Shown one piece after another: positions 17,742 through 26,713 of a stretch of DNA of 39,899 nucleotides (within the stretch, counting starts at the first letter, position 1; the number at the start of each line of letters is the position of its first letter). The notes beneath the pieces are model-generated. The model saw only the letters and a program-made list of their open reading frames with translations, was not told the DNA's origin and did no database searches. A program made the translations under genes and the position numbers. Source of the DNA: Pseudomonadota bacterium (GTDB taxonomy: Bacteria; Pseudomonadota; Gammaproteobacteria; Burkholderiales; Burkholderiaceae_C); the NCBI GenBank assembly GCA_021825505.1, contig JAKAHP010000001.1:1-39899 (forward strand). Direction: 5' to 3'.

Positions 17742-18599
17742 TTACAGCCAATACACGAGCACGTACAGCAGCAGCCAGACGACGTCGACGAAGTGCCAGT
17801 ACCACGCAGCGCCTTCGAAGGCGAAGTGATGCTCGGCGGTGAAATCGCCGCGGATCATCCGACGCAGCACGACGCTCAACATGGTCGCGCCGAGCAGCAC
17901 GTGAAACCCGTGGAAGCCGGTCAGCATGAAGAAGGTCGAGCCGTAGATGCCCGAGGTCAGCTTCAGCCCGAGTTCGGTGTAGGCGTGGTGGTACTCGTAG
18001 CCCTGCAGGAACAGGAAGCAGATGCCGAGCACGACGGTCGATGCCAGCCAGAAGATCGCCTTCTGGCGGTGGTCGGCGCGCAGCGCGTGGTGCGAGATCG
18101 TCAGCGTCAGGCCCGAGCTCAGCAGCAGCGCGGTGTTGATCGTCGGGATCGGCCACGGATCCATCGCGTGCACCGCCGGGATCAGCCCGGACGGGCCGAC
18201 GCTGGGCCACGCCGCCTGGAAATGCGGCCACAGGATCTGGCTGTGCAAGGCGCCGAGGTCGGGCAGCGCGTAGACCCGCGCGTAGTACAGCGCGCCGAAG
18301 AACGACGCGAAGAACATCACCTCGGAGAAAATGAACCAGCTCATGCTCCAGCGAAACGACGTGTCGACCGCCTGGTTGTGCATGCCCCCTTCGCTCTCGG
18401 AGATCGCGCGGCCGAACCAGCGATACATCGTGAACAGCAGCCACACCAGGCCGAAGGCCGCCAGCCACTGGCCGTGCGGGACGCCGTTGAACCAGAACGC
18501 CGCACCGAACGCCATCATCACCAGGCCGGTGGCGGCCAGTACCGGGAACGGCGACGGTCCCGGCACGAAATAACCGTTGTGATTTGCTGTTGTCGACAT
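17742..18599 (-). CDS. coxC: Cytochrome c oxidase subunit III
   Basis: WFIFSEVMFF, NTALLLSSG, TGFHGFHV and AWYWHFVDVVW motifs. Confidence 0.96.
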   Translation of the reverse strand: MSTTANHNGYFVPGPSPFPVLAATGLVMMAFGAAFWFNGVPHGQWLAAFGLVWLLFTMYRWFGRAISESEGGMHNQAVDTSFRWSMSWFIFSEVMFFASFFGALYYARVYALPDLGALHSQILWPHFQAAWPSVGPSGLIPAVHAMDPWPIPTINTALLLSSGLTLTISHHALRADHRQKAIFWLASTVVLGICFLFLQGYEYHHAYTELGLKLTSGIYGSTFFMLTGFHGFHVLLGATMLSVVLRRMIRGDFTAEHHFAFEGAAWYWHFVDVVWLLLYVLVYWL

Positions 18600-18615
18600 A
18601 TCGTCTTCCTCGCGT

Positions 18616-18810
18616 TTACGAATGACCGGTCGGGATGACCCAATGAATGATGAGCATCAGCAGCCCGACGAACAGGGCTGCGGAAACGAGGCCCGCGATC
18701 GCCACGTGCACGATGTTCAGATTTTCGAAGTCCTGCTCGCGGTCGCGCGCCTTGCGCACGCCGAGAAAGGCCCAGAAGATCGTTTTGAACGCACGCACGA
18801 AGGAGCTCAT
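18616..18810 (-). CDS. DUF2970-like small membrane protein
   Basis: WAFLGVRK...DF..LN..H motif. Conserved position upstream of coxC. Confidence 0.8.
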   Translation of the reverse strand: MSSFVRAFKTIFWAFLGVRKARDREQDFENLNIVHVAIAGLVSAALFVGLLMLIIHWVIPTGHS

Positions 18811-18817
18811 CGCGGCC

Positions 18818-18934
18818 TCAGAGCAATGTCCAGCGCAGCACGAAACCGATGAAAATCGCCGCGGCGATGCTCAGTGTGATCAGCGCCACCCGCAGGTTGC
18901 GGCGCTTCAGGTCCTTGCCGATTCGATCGTCCAT
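18818..18934 (-). CDS. Cytochrome oxidase small assembly protein (38 aa)
   Basis: Not in the ORF track. MDDRIGKDLKRRNLRVALITLSIAAAIFIGFVLRWTLL is a basic patch plus one TM helix, directly after coxA. Confidence 0.75.
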   Translation of the reverse strand: MDDRIGKDLKRRNLRVALITLSIAAAIFIGFVLRWTLL

Positions 18935-18946
18935 CGCGCGTTGCTT

Positions 18947-20569
18947 TCAGTGGCCGAGCACCCGGGTGGCGGTCTCGTCGAGCTTGGGCGGGTGTTCGAA
19001 GGTGTGGAACGGCGCCGGCGACGGCACTTCCCACTCCAGGCCGTGCGCACCGTCCCACGGGCGCTGCGGAGCGGGATCGCCGCGGCCGCGCAGCACCGGT
19101 ATCACGACGGCGAACAGGAAATACGCCTGCGCCAGCCCGAAGCCGAGCGCGCCGATCGACGAGATCGCGTTGAAGTCGGTGAACTGCACCGGGTAGTCGG
19201 CGTAGCGCCGCACCATACCCGCCAGGCCGAGGAAGTGCTGCGGCAGGAAGGTGATGTTGAAGGTGATCAGCGAGGCCCAGAAATGGATCTTGCCGGCGCG
19301 CTCGTTGTACATCACCCCGGTCCACTTCGGCGACCAGAAGTAAAAGCCCATGAAGATCGCGAACAGCGAACCGGCGACCAGCACGTAGTGGAAATGCGCG
19401 ACCACGTAGTAGGTGTTGTGCAGCTGCGTGTCGATCGGCGCGGTGGCCAGCACCAGGCCCGAGAAGCCGCCGAAGGTGAACACGAAAATGAAGCCGATCG
19501 CGAACAGCATCGGCGTCTCGAAACTGAGCGAGCCGCCGTACATCGTCGCGATCCAGTTGAACACCTTCACGCCGGTGGGCACCGCGATCAGCATCGTCGC
19601 GTACATGAAGAACAGCTGGCCGGTGGTCGGCATGCCGGCGGTAAACATGTGGTGGGCCCATACGATGAACGACAGGATCGCGATCGACGCGGCCGCGTAC
19701 ACCATCGAGCTGTAGCCGAACAGCGGCTTGCGCGAGAACGCCGGCACCACCGAGCTGACGATGCCGAACGCCGGCAGGATCATCACGTAGACCTCGGGGT
19801 GGCCGAAGAACCAGAACAGATGCTGGTACAGCACCGGATCGCCGCCGCCGGCGGCGTTGAAGAAGCTGGTGCCGAAGTGACGGTCGGTCAGCGTCATCGT
19901 CACCGCGCCGGCGAGCACCGGCATGATCGCGATCAGCAGATAGGCGGTGATCAGCCAGGTCCAAGCGAACAGCGGCAGCTTCATCAGCGTCATGCCCGGC
20001 GCGCGCATGTTCAGCAGCGTCACGATGATGTTGATCGAACCCATGATCGACGACGCGCCCATCAGGTGCACCGCGAAGATCACCAGATCCATCCCCATGC
20101 CCTGTTGCACGGTCAGCGGCGCATACAGCGTCCAGCCGACCTGCGGCGAGCCGCCGGAGACGAAGAACGACGCAGTCAGCAGCAGCGCGGCCGGAATCAG
20201 CAGCCAGAAGCTGAGGTTGTTCATGCGCGGGAACGCCATGTCGGGCGCGCCGATCTGCAGCGGAATCATCCAGTTCGCGAAGCCGACCATCGCCGGCATC
20301 ACCGCGCCGAAGATCATCAGCAGGCCGTGCATGGTCGAAATCGACAGGTACAGCTGCGGATTCAGGAACTGGATGCCGGGCTCGGCGAGCTCGGCGCGGA
20401 TCAGCATCGCCAGGATCCCGCCCTCGAACAACATGAACAGCGCGAACAGCAAGTACATCGTTCCGATGTCCTTGTGGTTCGTCGAGAACAGCCAACGCCG
20501 CCAGCCATGGGGGTGGTCGTGGGCATGATCCCCGGCGCCGGCCGGGGCATGATCTAGCACTGCGCTCAT
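18947..20569 (-). CDS. ctaD: Cytochrome c oxidase subunit I (type A1)
   Basis: [40 protein letters not shown] and MVRR motifs. Start at ATG 20569 after GAGGAG. Confidence 0.97.
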   Translation of the reverse strand: MSAVLDHAPAGAGDHAHDHPHGWRRWLFSTNHKDIGTMYLLFALFMLFEGGILAMLIRAELAEPGIQFLNPQLYLSISTMHGLLMIFGAVMPAMVGFANWMIPLQIGAPDMAFPRMNNLSFWLLIPAALLLTASFFVSGGSPQVGWTLYAPLTVQQGMGMDLVIFAVHLMGASSIMGSINIIVTLLNMRAPGMTLMKLPLFAWTWLITAYLLIAIMPVLAGAVTMTLTDRHFGTSFFNAAGGGDPVLYQHLFWFFGHPEVYVMILPAFGIVSSVVPAFSRKPLFGYSSMVYAAASIAILSFIVWAHHMFTAGMPTTGQLFFMYATMLIAVPTGVKVFNWIATMYGGSLSFETPMLFAIGFIFVFTFGGFSGLVLATAPIDTQLHNTYYVVAHFHYVLVAGSLFAIFMGFYFWSPKWTGVMYNERAGKIHFWASLITFNITFLPQHFLGLAGMVRRYADYPVQFTDFNAISSIGALGFGLAQAYFLFAVVIPVLRGRGDPAPQRPWDGAHGLEWEVPSPAPFHTFEHPPKLDETATRVLGH

Positions 20570-20670
20570 CGGGTGCACTCCTCGGGGTAATTGAAAAGAA
20601 GCGGCCTGGCTATAGGTCTATGAATGTCCGTGGACTTCGTTTGTGGGTGCCAGGCCGTGCTGCGCCAACG

Positions 20671-21537
20671 TCAGCTGTCGGCGCCCGACGGCGGCAACTG
20701 CCCGCCGCCGGCCTTGATCGCGGCCTGCGTGGATTTCACCCAGGCCTGGTAGTCGTCCAGCGAGACGACCTTGACGACGATCGGCATGAACGCGTGGCCC
20801 TTGCCGCAGATCTGCGCGCACTGGCCGTAGTAGGTCCCGATCTTGTCGGCCTTGAACCAGGTCGCACGCACGAAGCCGGGAATCGCGTCGAGCTGCACGC
20901 CGAACGACGGCACATACCAGCCGTGGATCACGTCGGCCGAGGTGGTCAGGATGCGCACCTTCTCGTTGACCGGCACGACCAGCGGGTGGTCGACCTGCAG
21001 CAGGTAATTGTTGGGCTTGGCCGCGTTGCCGAAAATCTCGCTCATCGGCGTCGTCAGCGTGGAGTAGAAGTTGATGCCCTTGCCGGGGCCGTCGACGTAG
21101 TCGTAGCCCCACTTCCACTGGTAGCCGGTGACCTTGACGGTCAGGAACGAGTTCGCGGTGTTCTCCTGCGCGACGACCAGCTTGGTCGCCGGAATCACCA
21201 TCGCGATCACGATCAGCAGCGGCACGACGGTCCAGGCGACCTCGACCGCGGTGCTCTCGTGGAACTTGGCCGCGACCGCGCCCTTGGATTTGCGGAACTT
21301 GAACACCGAATAGAACATCACGCCGAACACGACGATGCCGATGCCCAGGCAAATCAGCATCACCATGTAGTTCAGGTCGCGCTGGTCGGCCGCGATCTGC
21401 GTGACCGGCGGCTGGAAGTCGATGCCCCAGGTCTGCGGACCGCCGGGAAGGCTCTGCGCGCCGAACGCGTTGGCGACGAACAGCGCCGACGCCGTTGCGA
21501 GGTAGTGCTTCAGTTTCATCTTCGGTGTCACCTTCAT
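20671..21537 (-). CDS. coxB: Cytochrome c oxidase subunit II (CuA, no fused cytochrome c)
   Basis: GYQWKWGYDY, DVIH and CAQICGKGHAFM motifs. Alternative start at 21519. Confidence 0.95.
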   Translation of the reverse strand: MKVTPKMKLKHYLATASALFVANAFGAQSLPGGPQTWGIDFQPPVTQIAADQRDLNYMVMLICLGIGIVVFGVMFYSVFKFRKSKGAVAAKFHESTAVEVAWTVVPLLIVIAMVIPATKLVVAQENTANSFLTVKVTGYQWKWGYDYVDGPGKGINFYSTLTTPMSEIFGNAAKPNNYLLQVDHPLVVPVNEKVRILTTSADVIHGWYVPSFGVQLDAIPGFVRATWFKADKIGTYYGQCAQICGKGHAFMPIVVKVVSLDDYQAWVKSTQAAIKAGGGQLPPSGADS

Positions 21538-21562
21538 ATGGAAAACTTCGGCCAGCCCGGAA

Positions 21563-22051
21563 TCAGGCAGCGAGCACGGCGCGGCGCAAGTCCCTGGCCA
21601 GGGTCTCGCGCCGTTCGGGTCGCGTGTAGCGCCCGACGAAGGCCTGTCTGCCCGACTCGGAAATCGCGACCAGTCCGTTGTCGTGCAGCACGATCCTGGC
21701 CCAGCGCGGATTGAACTCGGCACGCTCGAAGCGGCCGCCGCACTCCCACTCGACGATGAGCGCGTTCGCCGAGACGACGATGCGCTCGCGGTCGCCGGCA
21801 TGGCGCGCGTAGACCACCAGCGCGACGCCGAACGCCAACAATTCGGCCAGCGTGAACGGCGGCACCAGCTTGGCACCGCCGGCCCAGCACAACAGCGCGA
21901 CGAACAACGAGACCAGCGTCAGCGAGGCGAAGAACAGCAGCAGCTGACGCGGGCTGATCGAGCAGTTGCGACGCAGCGACCAGACGAGCCTGCCGTCCTG
22001 GCTGAGCGGCCTGCCGAGCAGGCCGAATTCGACGCTGTCCACCCACTGCAC
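21563..22051 (-). CDS. DUF2244-like membrane protein
   Basis: WSLRRNCSISPRQL, two TM helices and YARHAGDRERI. Start uncertain; the frame is open to 22123. Confidence 0.75.
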   Translation of the reverse strand: MQWVDSVEFGLLGRPLSQDGRLVWSLRRNCSISPRQLLLFFASLTLVSLFVALLCWAGGAKLVPPFTLAELLAFGVALVVYARHAGDRERIVVSANALIVEWECGGRFERAEFNPRWARIVLHDNGLVAISESGRQAFVGRYTRPERRETLARDLRRAVLAA

Positions 22052-22106
22052 CGCTGCCCCCAAGATCGTGTCGTTCGCGCTGCGGCAACGACTATTCCTC
22101 GTTTGA

Positions 22107-22221
22107 TTGATCTCGCGCAACACGCTGGCCGCACGAAGCCCTTAATCGATCCATTATAAGGAGCCGATTGCTCGTGCCGATCGGCGCGCGATCGATTTGG
22201 CTCGATTTTGCGCACAATCAA
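22107..22221 (-). promoter_or_regulatory. Putative cox-cluster promoter region with two FNR-like boxes
   Basis: TTGAT-CTCG-CGCAA at 22107-22120 and TTGCG-CACA-ATCAA at 22208-22221. They flank a minus-strand TATAAT at 22153-22158. Confidence 0.5.
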
Positions 22222-22347
22222 GACGGCCCGCCACCTATCTCGTTCAGCCGATACAACAATTCGAGGCGCGGCGGGCGCAGAGGCACATATCCATGATGCC
22301 AGCGCGCCGTCGCGCGCGCCCTGCGGGACAACCCGGCGCCGGCGCGC

Positions 22348-23217
22348 TCAGCGACGCGCGCGCGAACCGCGCAACTGTTCGATGGGGAAGGTGGCGACGC
22401 CGTCGACCGCGCCGCGCGTGCTGGGTTTGTAGGCGTGGCCGTAGATCAGCTCGAAACTCAGCTCGACCGGGCCCGCGCCCAGCGCCTGCTGCAACTCCCG
22501 CCAGCGCCTGGGCGTGCGCAGCCCCGGCGCCGCGGCGGCATGCGGCACGCGACCGAGTTCGGCCAACTCGGCCAGTGCCGCGCGCGCATCGGGGTAGCGC
22601 AGCGTGACCATTTCCATGTCCATCACCGGCTCGGCGAACCCTTGCGCGAGCAGCAGGTCGCCGAGGTCGTGCATGTCGACGAAGTCCGGCGGCACGACGC
22701 CGAGCGCGCGCACCGCGGGCACACGCAGCTCGCGCAGCGTGTCGGGGCCGAAACTGGTGAACATCAGCACGCCGTCGGGCTGCAGCGCGGCGTTCCAGCC
22801 CCCCAGCAAGGCGCCGAGATCGTCGGCCCACGGCAGCGCCAGGTTGGACCACAACATCTGCGCGCCGTCGCGCGGCGGCGCGTGCAGCGCGGCCTCACGT
22901 ACCTCGGCGCGGCCGCGCCAGGCCTGCAGCAGGCGCGCGGGCACATGGCTGCGGCGCGCATGCGCGGCCAGCGCGGCGGCCGGTTCGATGCCGATCAGCT
23001 GGGCGCGCGGATACTGGGCACGCAGCAGCGCGAGGCCGTCGCCCCAGGCGCAGCCGACGTCGAGCGCCAGGGTCGGCTGCAGGCGCAGCAAGGGAAGTCG
23101 CTCGGCCAGGCGGCGCGCGGCCTCCTGCCAGATGAAAGGTGCGGCGCGGCGCGCCAGCCGCTCGCGTGCGAGGCGGCGGCCGTCGGGTTCGTGGGCGGTG
23201 GAGGTCATCGGGGTCAT
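22348..23217 (-). CDS. BioC-like SAM-dependent methyltransferase
   Basis: LDVGCAWG, WSNLAL, FTSFGPDTL.EL, FVDMHDLGD, PVMDME and FELIYGHA motifs. Divergent from comF. Confidence 0.82.
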   Translation of the reverse strand: MTPMTSTAHEPDGRRLARERLARRAAPFIWQEAARRLAERLPLLRLQPTLALDVGCAWGDGLALLRAQYPRAQLIGIEPAAALAAHARRSHVPARLLQAWRGRAEVREAALHAPPRDGAQMLWSNLALPWADDLGALLGGWNAALQPDGVLMFTSFGPDTLRELRVPAVRALGVVPPDFVDMHDLGDLLLAQGFAEPVMDMEMVTLRYPDARAALAELAELGRVPHAAAAPGLRTPRRWRELQQALGAGPVELSFELIYGHAYKPSTRGAVDGVATFPIEQLRGSRARR

Positions 23218-23306
23218 CGCGGCGCAGGCGCCGCGATGCGCACTATAGTGGTTCAGCGGCCACGGCATCGCTCGCCGGCCGCATGCCCCCTGTGCCCGGA
23301 ATCGCG

Positions 23307-24011
23307 ATGCCCGCCCCCGACCGACGCTGCGCGCGGCTGGTCGGCGCGCTGGCGCGGCTGCTGCCGCGCGGCCTGTGCCAACTGTGCGCGCTGCCCAGCA
23401 ACACACCGCTGTGCGCCGCCTGCCTGGCGCAGCACTTCGGCGACGCGGTCCCGCGCTGCCCGCGCTGCGCGCTGCGTGCGCCATGCGGCGCCTGCGTACT
23501 GGCGCCGCCGCGCTTCGTGCGCGCGCTGGCCCTGGGCGACTACACGCCGCCGCTGGATCGCTTGATCGAGCGCTTGAAGTTCGGCGCGCAGCCGCGGCTG
23601 GGACGCTGGCTCGGCGTCCAGCTCGCGCAGCGCTGGCACGCGGCCGGGCTGGCGCTGCCGCATTGCGTGGTGGCGGTGCCGCTGGCGCCGGCGCGCCTGC
23701 GCGAGCGCGGCTACAACCAGGCCTGGGAAATCGCGCTGGGCTTCGCGGCCGCACTGCGCCTGCGCGTCGACGCCGGTGCGCTGCAGCGCTGCCGCGACAC
23801 CGCGGCGCAGTCGCTGCTGCCGCGCGCGGCGCGCGCCGCCAATGTGCGCGGGGCCTTCGTCGCGCATGCGCGGCCCGGCACGCGCATGCTGCTGGTCGAC
23901 GACGTGATGACCAGCGGGTGTACGCTGGACGCCGCGGCCGACGCCCTGCTGCGCGGCGGTGCGGCCGAAGTCGCGGTCGCCGTCGCGCTGCGCACGCCGG
24001 CTCCCGATTGA
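23307..24011 (+). CDS. comF: ComF family protein (zinc ribbon + PRT)
   Basis: CxxC pairs, RERGYNQA and LLVDDVMTSG.TL. Start uncertain (23283 or 23307). Confidence 0.88.
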   Translation: MPAPDRRCARLVGALARLLPRGLCQLCALPSNTPLCAACLAQHFGDAVPRCPRCALRAPCGACVLAPPRFVRALALGDYTPPLDRLIERLKFGAQPRLGRWLGVQLAQRWHAAGLALPHCVVAVPLAPARLRERGYNQAWEIALGFAAALRLRVDAGALQRCRDTAAQSLLPRAARAANVRGAFVAHARPGTRMLLVDDVMTSGCTLDAAADALLRGGAAEVAVAVALRTPAPD

Positions 24012-24017
24012 ATCCGC

Positions 24018-24482
24018 ATGTTCAACATCGTCCTCGTCCACCCCGAAATCCCGCCCAACACCGGCAATGTGATCCGTCTGGCGGCCAACACCGGCTGCAC
24101 GCTGCACCTGATCGAACCGCTGGGCTTCTCGCTCGACGATCGCCAGCTGCGGCGCGCCGGGCTCGACTATCACGAGTACGCCGAGCTGCGCGTGCACGCG
24201 TCGTGGGACGCGCTGCTGGCGCGCGAGGCGCCCGACCCCGCGCGCCTGTTCGCGTTCACGACGCATGCGAACGCGGGCTTCGCGCAGGCGCGCTTCCAGC
24301 CCGGCGACTGGCTGGTGTTCGGCGCCGAGACCAGCGGGCTGCCTCCGCCCCTGCGCGAACGCATCGCGCAAAGGCTGCGCCTGCCGATGCGCCCGGGTCA
24401 GCGCAGCCTGAACCTGTCGAACGCGGTCGCGGTTGCGGTGTTCGAGGCCTGGCGCCAGTGCGGCTGGGCCGGCGCGCAGTGA
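24018..24482 (+). CDS. trmL: tRNA (cytidine/uridine-34-2'-O)-methyltransferase
   Basis: PEIPPNTGN, RRAGLDY, FGAETSGL and RSLNLSN motifs. Confidence 0.95.
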   Translation: MFNIVLVHPEIPPNTGNVIRLAANTGCTLHLIEPLGFSLDDRQLRRAGLDYHEYAELRVHASWDALLAREAPDPARLFAFTTHANAGFAQARFQPGDWLVFGAETSGLPPPLRERIAQRLRLPMRPGQRSLNLSNAVAVAVFEAWRQCGWAGAQ

Positions 24483-24492
24483 GCGCGCGCAG

Positions 24493-24671
24493 GCAGCCCG
24501 GCCCTGGGGGCGCGCTCAAGCCATCGCCGGGCCGCCCCAAGATGGCTTGACCCCCTCGGGGGATGAGGCGGGACCAGCGAACACGCCTGCGCGTGTTCGC
24601 GCGCCTGCCGAATCCGAGCCGCTTGCAAGCGGCGAGGTGGAACGGGCTGGGCGCAGCCCGGCCCTGGGGGC
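24493..24671. repeat. Multi-hairpin REP/MITE-like element between convergent genes
   Basis: 19-bp direct repeat GCAGCCCGGCCCTGGGGGC at 24493 and 24653. Five stems: 24516-24550, 24551-24562, 24577-24600, 24618-24633 (perfect palindrome) and 24643-24660. Confidence 0.75.
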
Positions 24672-24673
24672 TC

Positions 24674-25438
24674 TCAAAGTCCGCTGAAATCCGGCTTGCG
24701 CTTGGCCAGGAACGCGGTGAACGCCTCCTTCGCCGCCGGCCCCTTGAGCAGGCGCTCGAACTCGGCGGCCTCGTCGCGCATCACCTGCGCCACCAGCGCG
24801 CGTTGCGGCGCGCGCATCAGCGCCTTGGTCGCGCGCAGCGACGCGGCCGGGCGCGCCGCCAGCTTGGCCGCCAGCGCCTGCACATGGGCGTTGACCTCGG
24901 CCGGCGGCAGCACGCGGTTGACCAGCCCCAGCTCGAGCGCCTCGTCGGCCGCGAACGGCTCGCCCAGCAGCAGCTTCTCGGCCGCCGCGGCCCAGCCGAT
25001 GCGCTGCGGCAGCAACAGGCTGGAAGCGGCCTCCGGGCACAGCCCGAGGTTGACGAAAGGCAGCGAGAACAGCGCGTTGTCGCCGCAGCACACCAGCTCG
25101 CAGTGCAGCAGCAGCGTCGTGCCGATGCCCACCGCAGGACCGCACACCGCGGCCAGCGCCGGTTCCGGCAGCGCGCTGAGCGCGCGCAGGAAGCGGAACA
25201 CCGGCGCGTCCTCCGACGCCGGCGGGCGCTGCAGGAACTCGCCGACGTCGTTGCCCGAGCTGAACATCTCGGGCTGACCCTGGAACACGACGACGCGCAC
25301 CGCGGCGTCGGCGGCCGCCGCCTCCAGCGCGTCGGCCAGTTGCGCGTACATCGCCGCGGTCAGCGCATTGCGCTTGGCGGTGCGGTTGAAGGTCAGCGTC
25401 AGCACGCCGCCTTCGCGCATCTCGAGAATGTCGCTCAT
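24674..25438 (-). CDS. Enoyl-CoA hydratase/isomerase family protein
   Basis: KRNALT, FSSGND, AVGIG and LGLCPEAASS motifs. Confidence 0.92.
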   Translation of the reverse strand: MSDILEMREGGVLTLTFNRTAKRNALTAAMYAQLADALEAAAADAAVRVVVFQGQPEMFSSGNDVGEFLQRPPASEDAPVFRFLRALSALPEPALAAVCGPAVGIGTTLLLHCELVCCGDNALFSLPFVNLGLCPEAASSLLLPQRIGWAAAAEKLLLGEPFAADEALELGLVNRVLPPAEVNAHVQALAAKLAARPAASLRATKALMRAPQRALVAQVMRDEAAEFERLLKGPAAKEAFTAFLAKRKPDFSGL

Positions 25439-25451
25439 CGTGGCGCCCGCC

Positions 25452-26681
25452 TCACAGCGCCTCGAAAATGCCGGCCGCGCCCTGGCCGGTGCCGACGCAC
25501 ATCGTCACCATGCCGTATTTCTGCTTGCGCCGGCGCAGGCCGTAGATGGTCGTGCAGGCGCGGATCGCGCCGGTGGCGCCCAGCGGGTGGCCGAGCGCGA
25601 TGGCACCACCCAGCGGATTGACGCGCGCCGGGTCGAGCCCGCAGCTCTCGATCACCGCCAGCGACTGCGCGGCGAAGGCCTCGTTGAGCTCGATCCAGCC
25701 GAGGTCGTCGAGCTTGAGCCCGGTGGCCTTCAGCGCCGCCGGAATCGCCTCGATCGGGCCGATGCCCATGATCTCGGGCGGCACGCCGCGCGACGCGAAG
25801 CCGACGAAGCGCGCCAGCGGCTGCAGGTTGAAGCGCTTGACCGCGGCCTCCGACGCCAGAATCAGCGCACCGGCGCCGTCCGAGGTCTGCGAGCTGTTGC
25901 CGGCAGTCACCGTGCCCAGCCCGGTGGCGCGCCCGCAGGGGTCCTTGGGCGACGCGAACACCGGGCGAAGCTTGCCCAGCGCGGCCAGCGAGGTATCGGC
26001 GCGAGGACCTTCGTCGAGCGCAATGGTGCGGCGGCGCTCGACCACGCTGCCCGCGGCCAGGTCGGGCACGCGCTCGAGCACCTCGACCGGAACGATCTCG
26101 TCGGCAAACTCGCCGGCGGCGATCGCCGCCACCGCGCGCTGGTGCGACTGCAGCGCGAACGCGTCCTGCGCGTCGCGCGAGACCTTCCACTTCTGCGCCA
26201 CCAGCTCGGCGGTCAGCCCCATGCCGTAGGCGATGCCGACGTCCTCGGCGCGCGCGAACACTGCCGGGTTGAACGCCGGCTTGTTGCCGCTCATCGGCAC
26301 CAGGCTCATGCTTTCGGCGCCGCCCGCCAGCATCACGTCGGCCTCGCCGACGCGGATGCGGTCGGCGGCCATCTGGATCGCGGTCACGCCGGAAGCGCAG
26401 AAGCGGTTGACGGTGACGCCGCCGACGCTGTTGGGCAGCCCGGCGAGCAGCGCCGCCACGCGCGCCATGTTCATGCCCTGCTCGGCCTCGGGGAAGGCGC
26501 AGCCGATGATCGCGTCCTCGATCGCCGCCGGGTCCAGGCCGCTGGCCTGCTTCAGCGCGGCGTGGATCGCGGCGACCAGCAGGTCGTCCGAACGCGTGCT
26601 GCGAAACGCACCGCGGTGCGACTTGCCGATCGGCGTGCGTGCCGCGGCGACGATGTAGGCATCCTGCACTTGCTTGGCCAT
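25452..26681 (-). CDS. Acetyl-CoA C-acyltransferase (3-ketoacyl-CoA thiolase)
   Basis: VNRFCASG, NEAFA, GHPLGATG and MCVGTGQG. Start MAKQVQD at 26681. Confidence 0.95.
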   Translation of the reverse strand: MAKQVQDAYIVAAARTPIGKSHRGAFRSTRSDDLLVAAIHAALKQASGLDPAAIEDAIIGCAFPEAEQGMNMARVAALLAGLPNSVGGVTVNRFCASGVTAIQMAADRIRVGEADVMLAGGAESMSLVPMSGNKPAFNPAVFARAEDVGIAYGMGLTAELVAQKWKVSRDAQDAFALQSHQRAVAAIAAGEFADEIVPVEVLERVPDLAAGSVVERRRTIALDEGPRADTSLAALGKLRPVFASPKDPCGRATGLGTVTAGNSSQTSDGAGALILASEAAVKRFNLQPLARFVGFASRGVPPEIMGIGPIEAIPAALKATGLKLDDLGWIELNEAFAAQSLAVIESCGLDPARVNPLGGAIALGHPLGATGAIRACTTIYGLRRRKQKYGMVTMCVGTGQGAAGIFEAL

Positions 26682-26713
26682 TGCTTGAATCTCCGTATCT
26701 TGGATGGGTGCGC

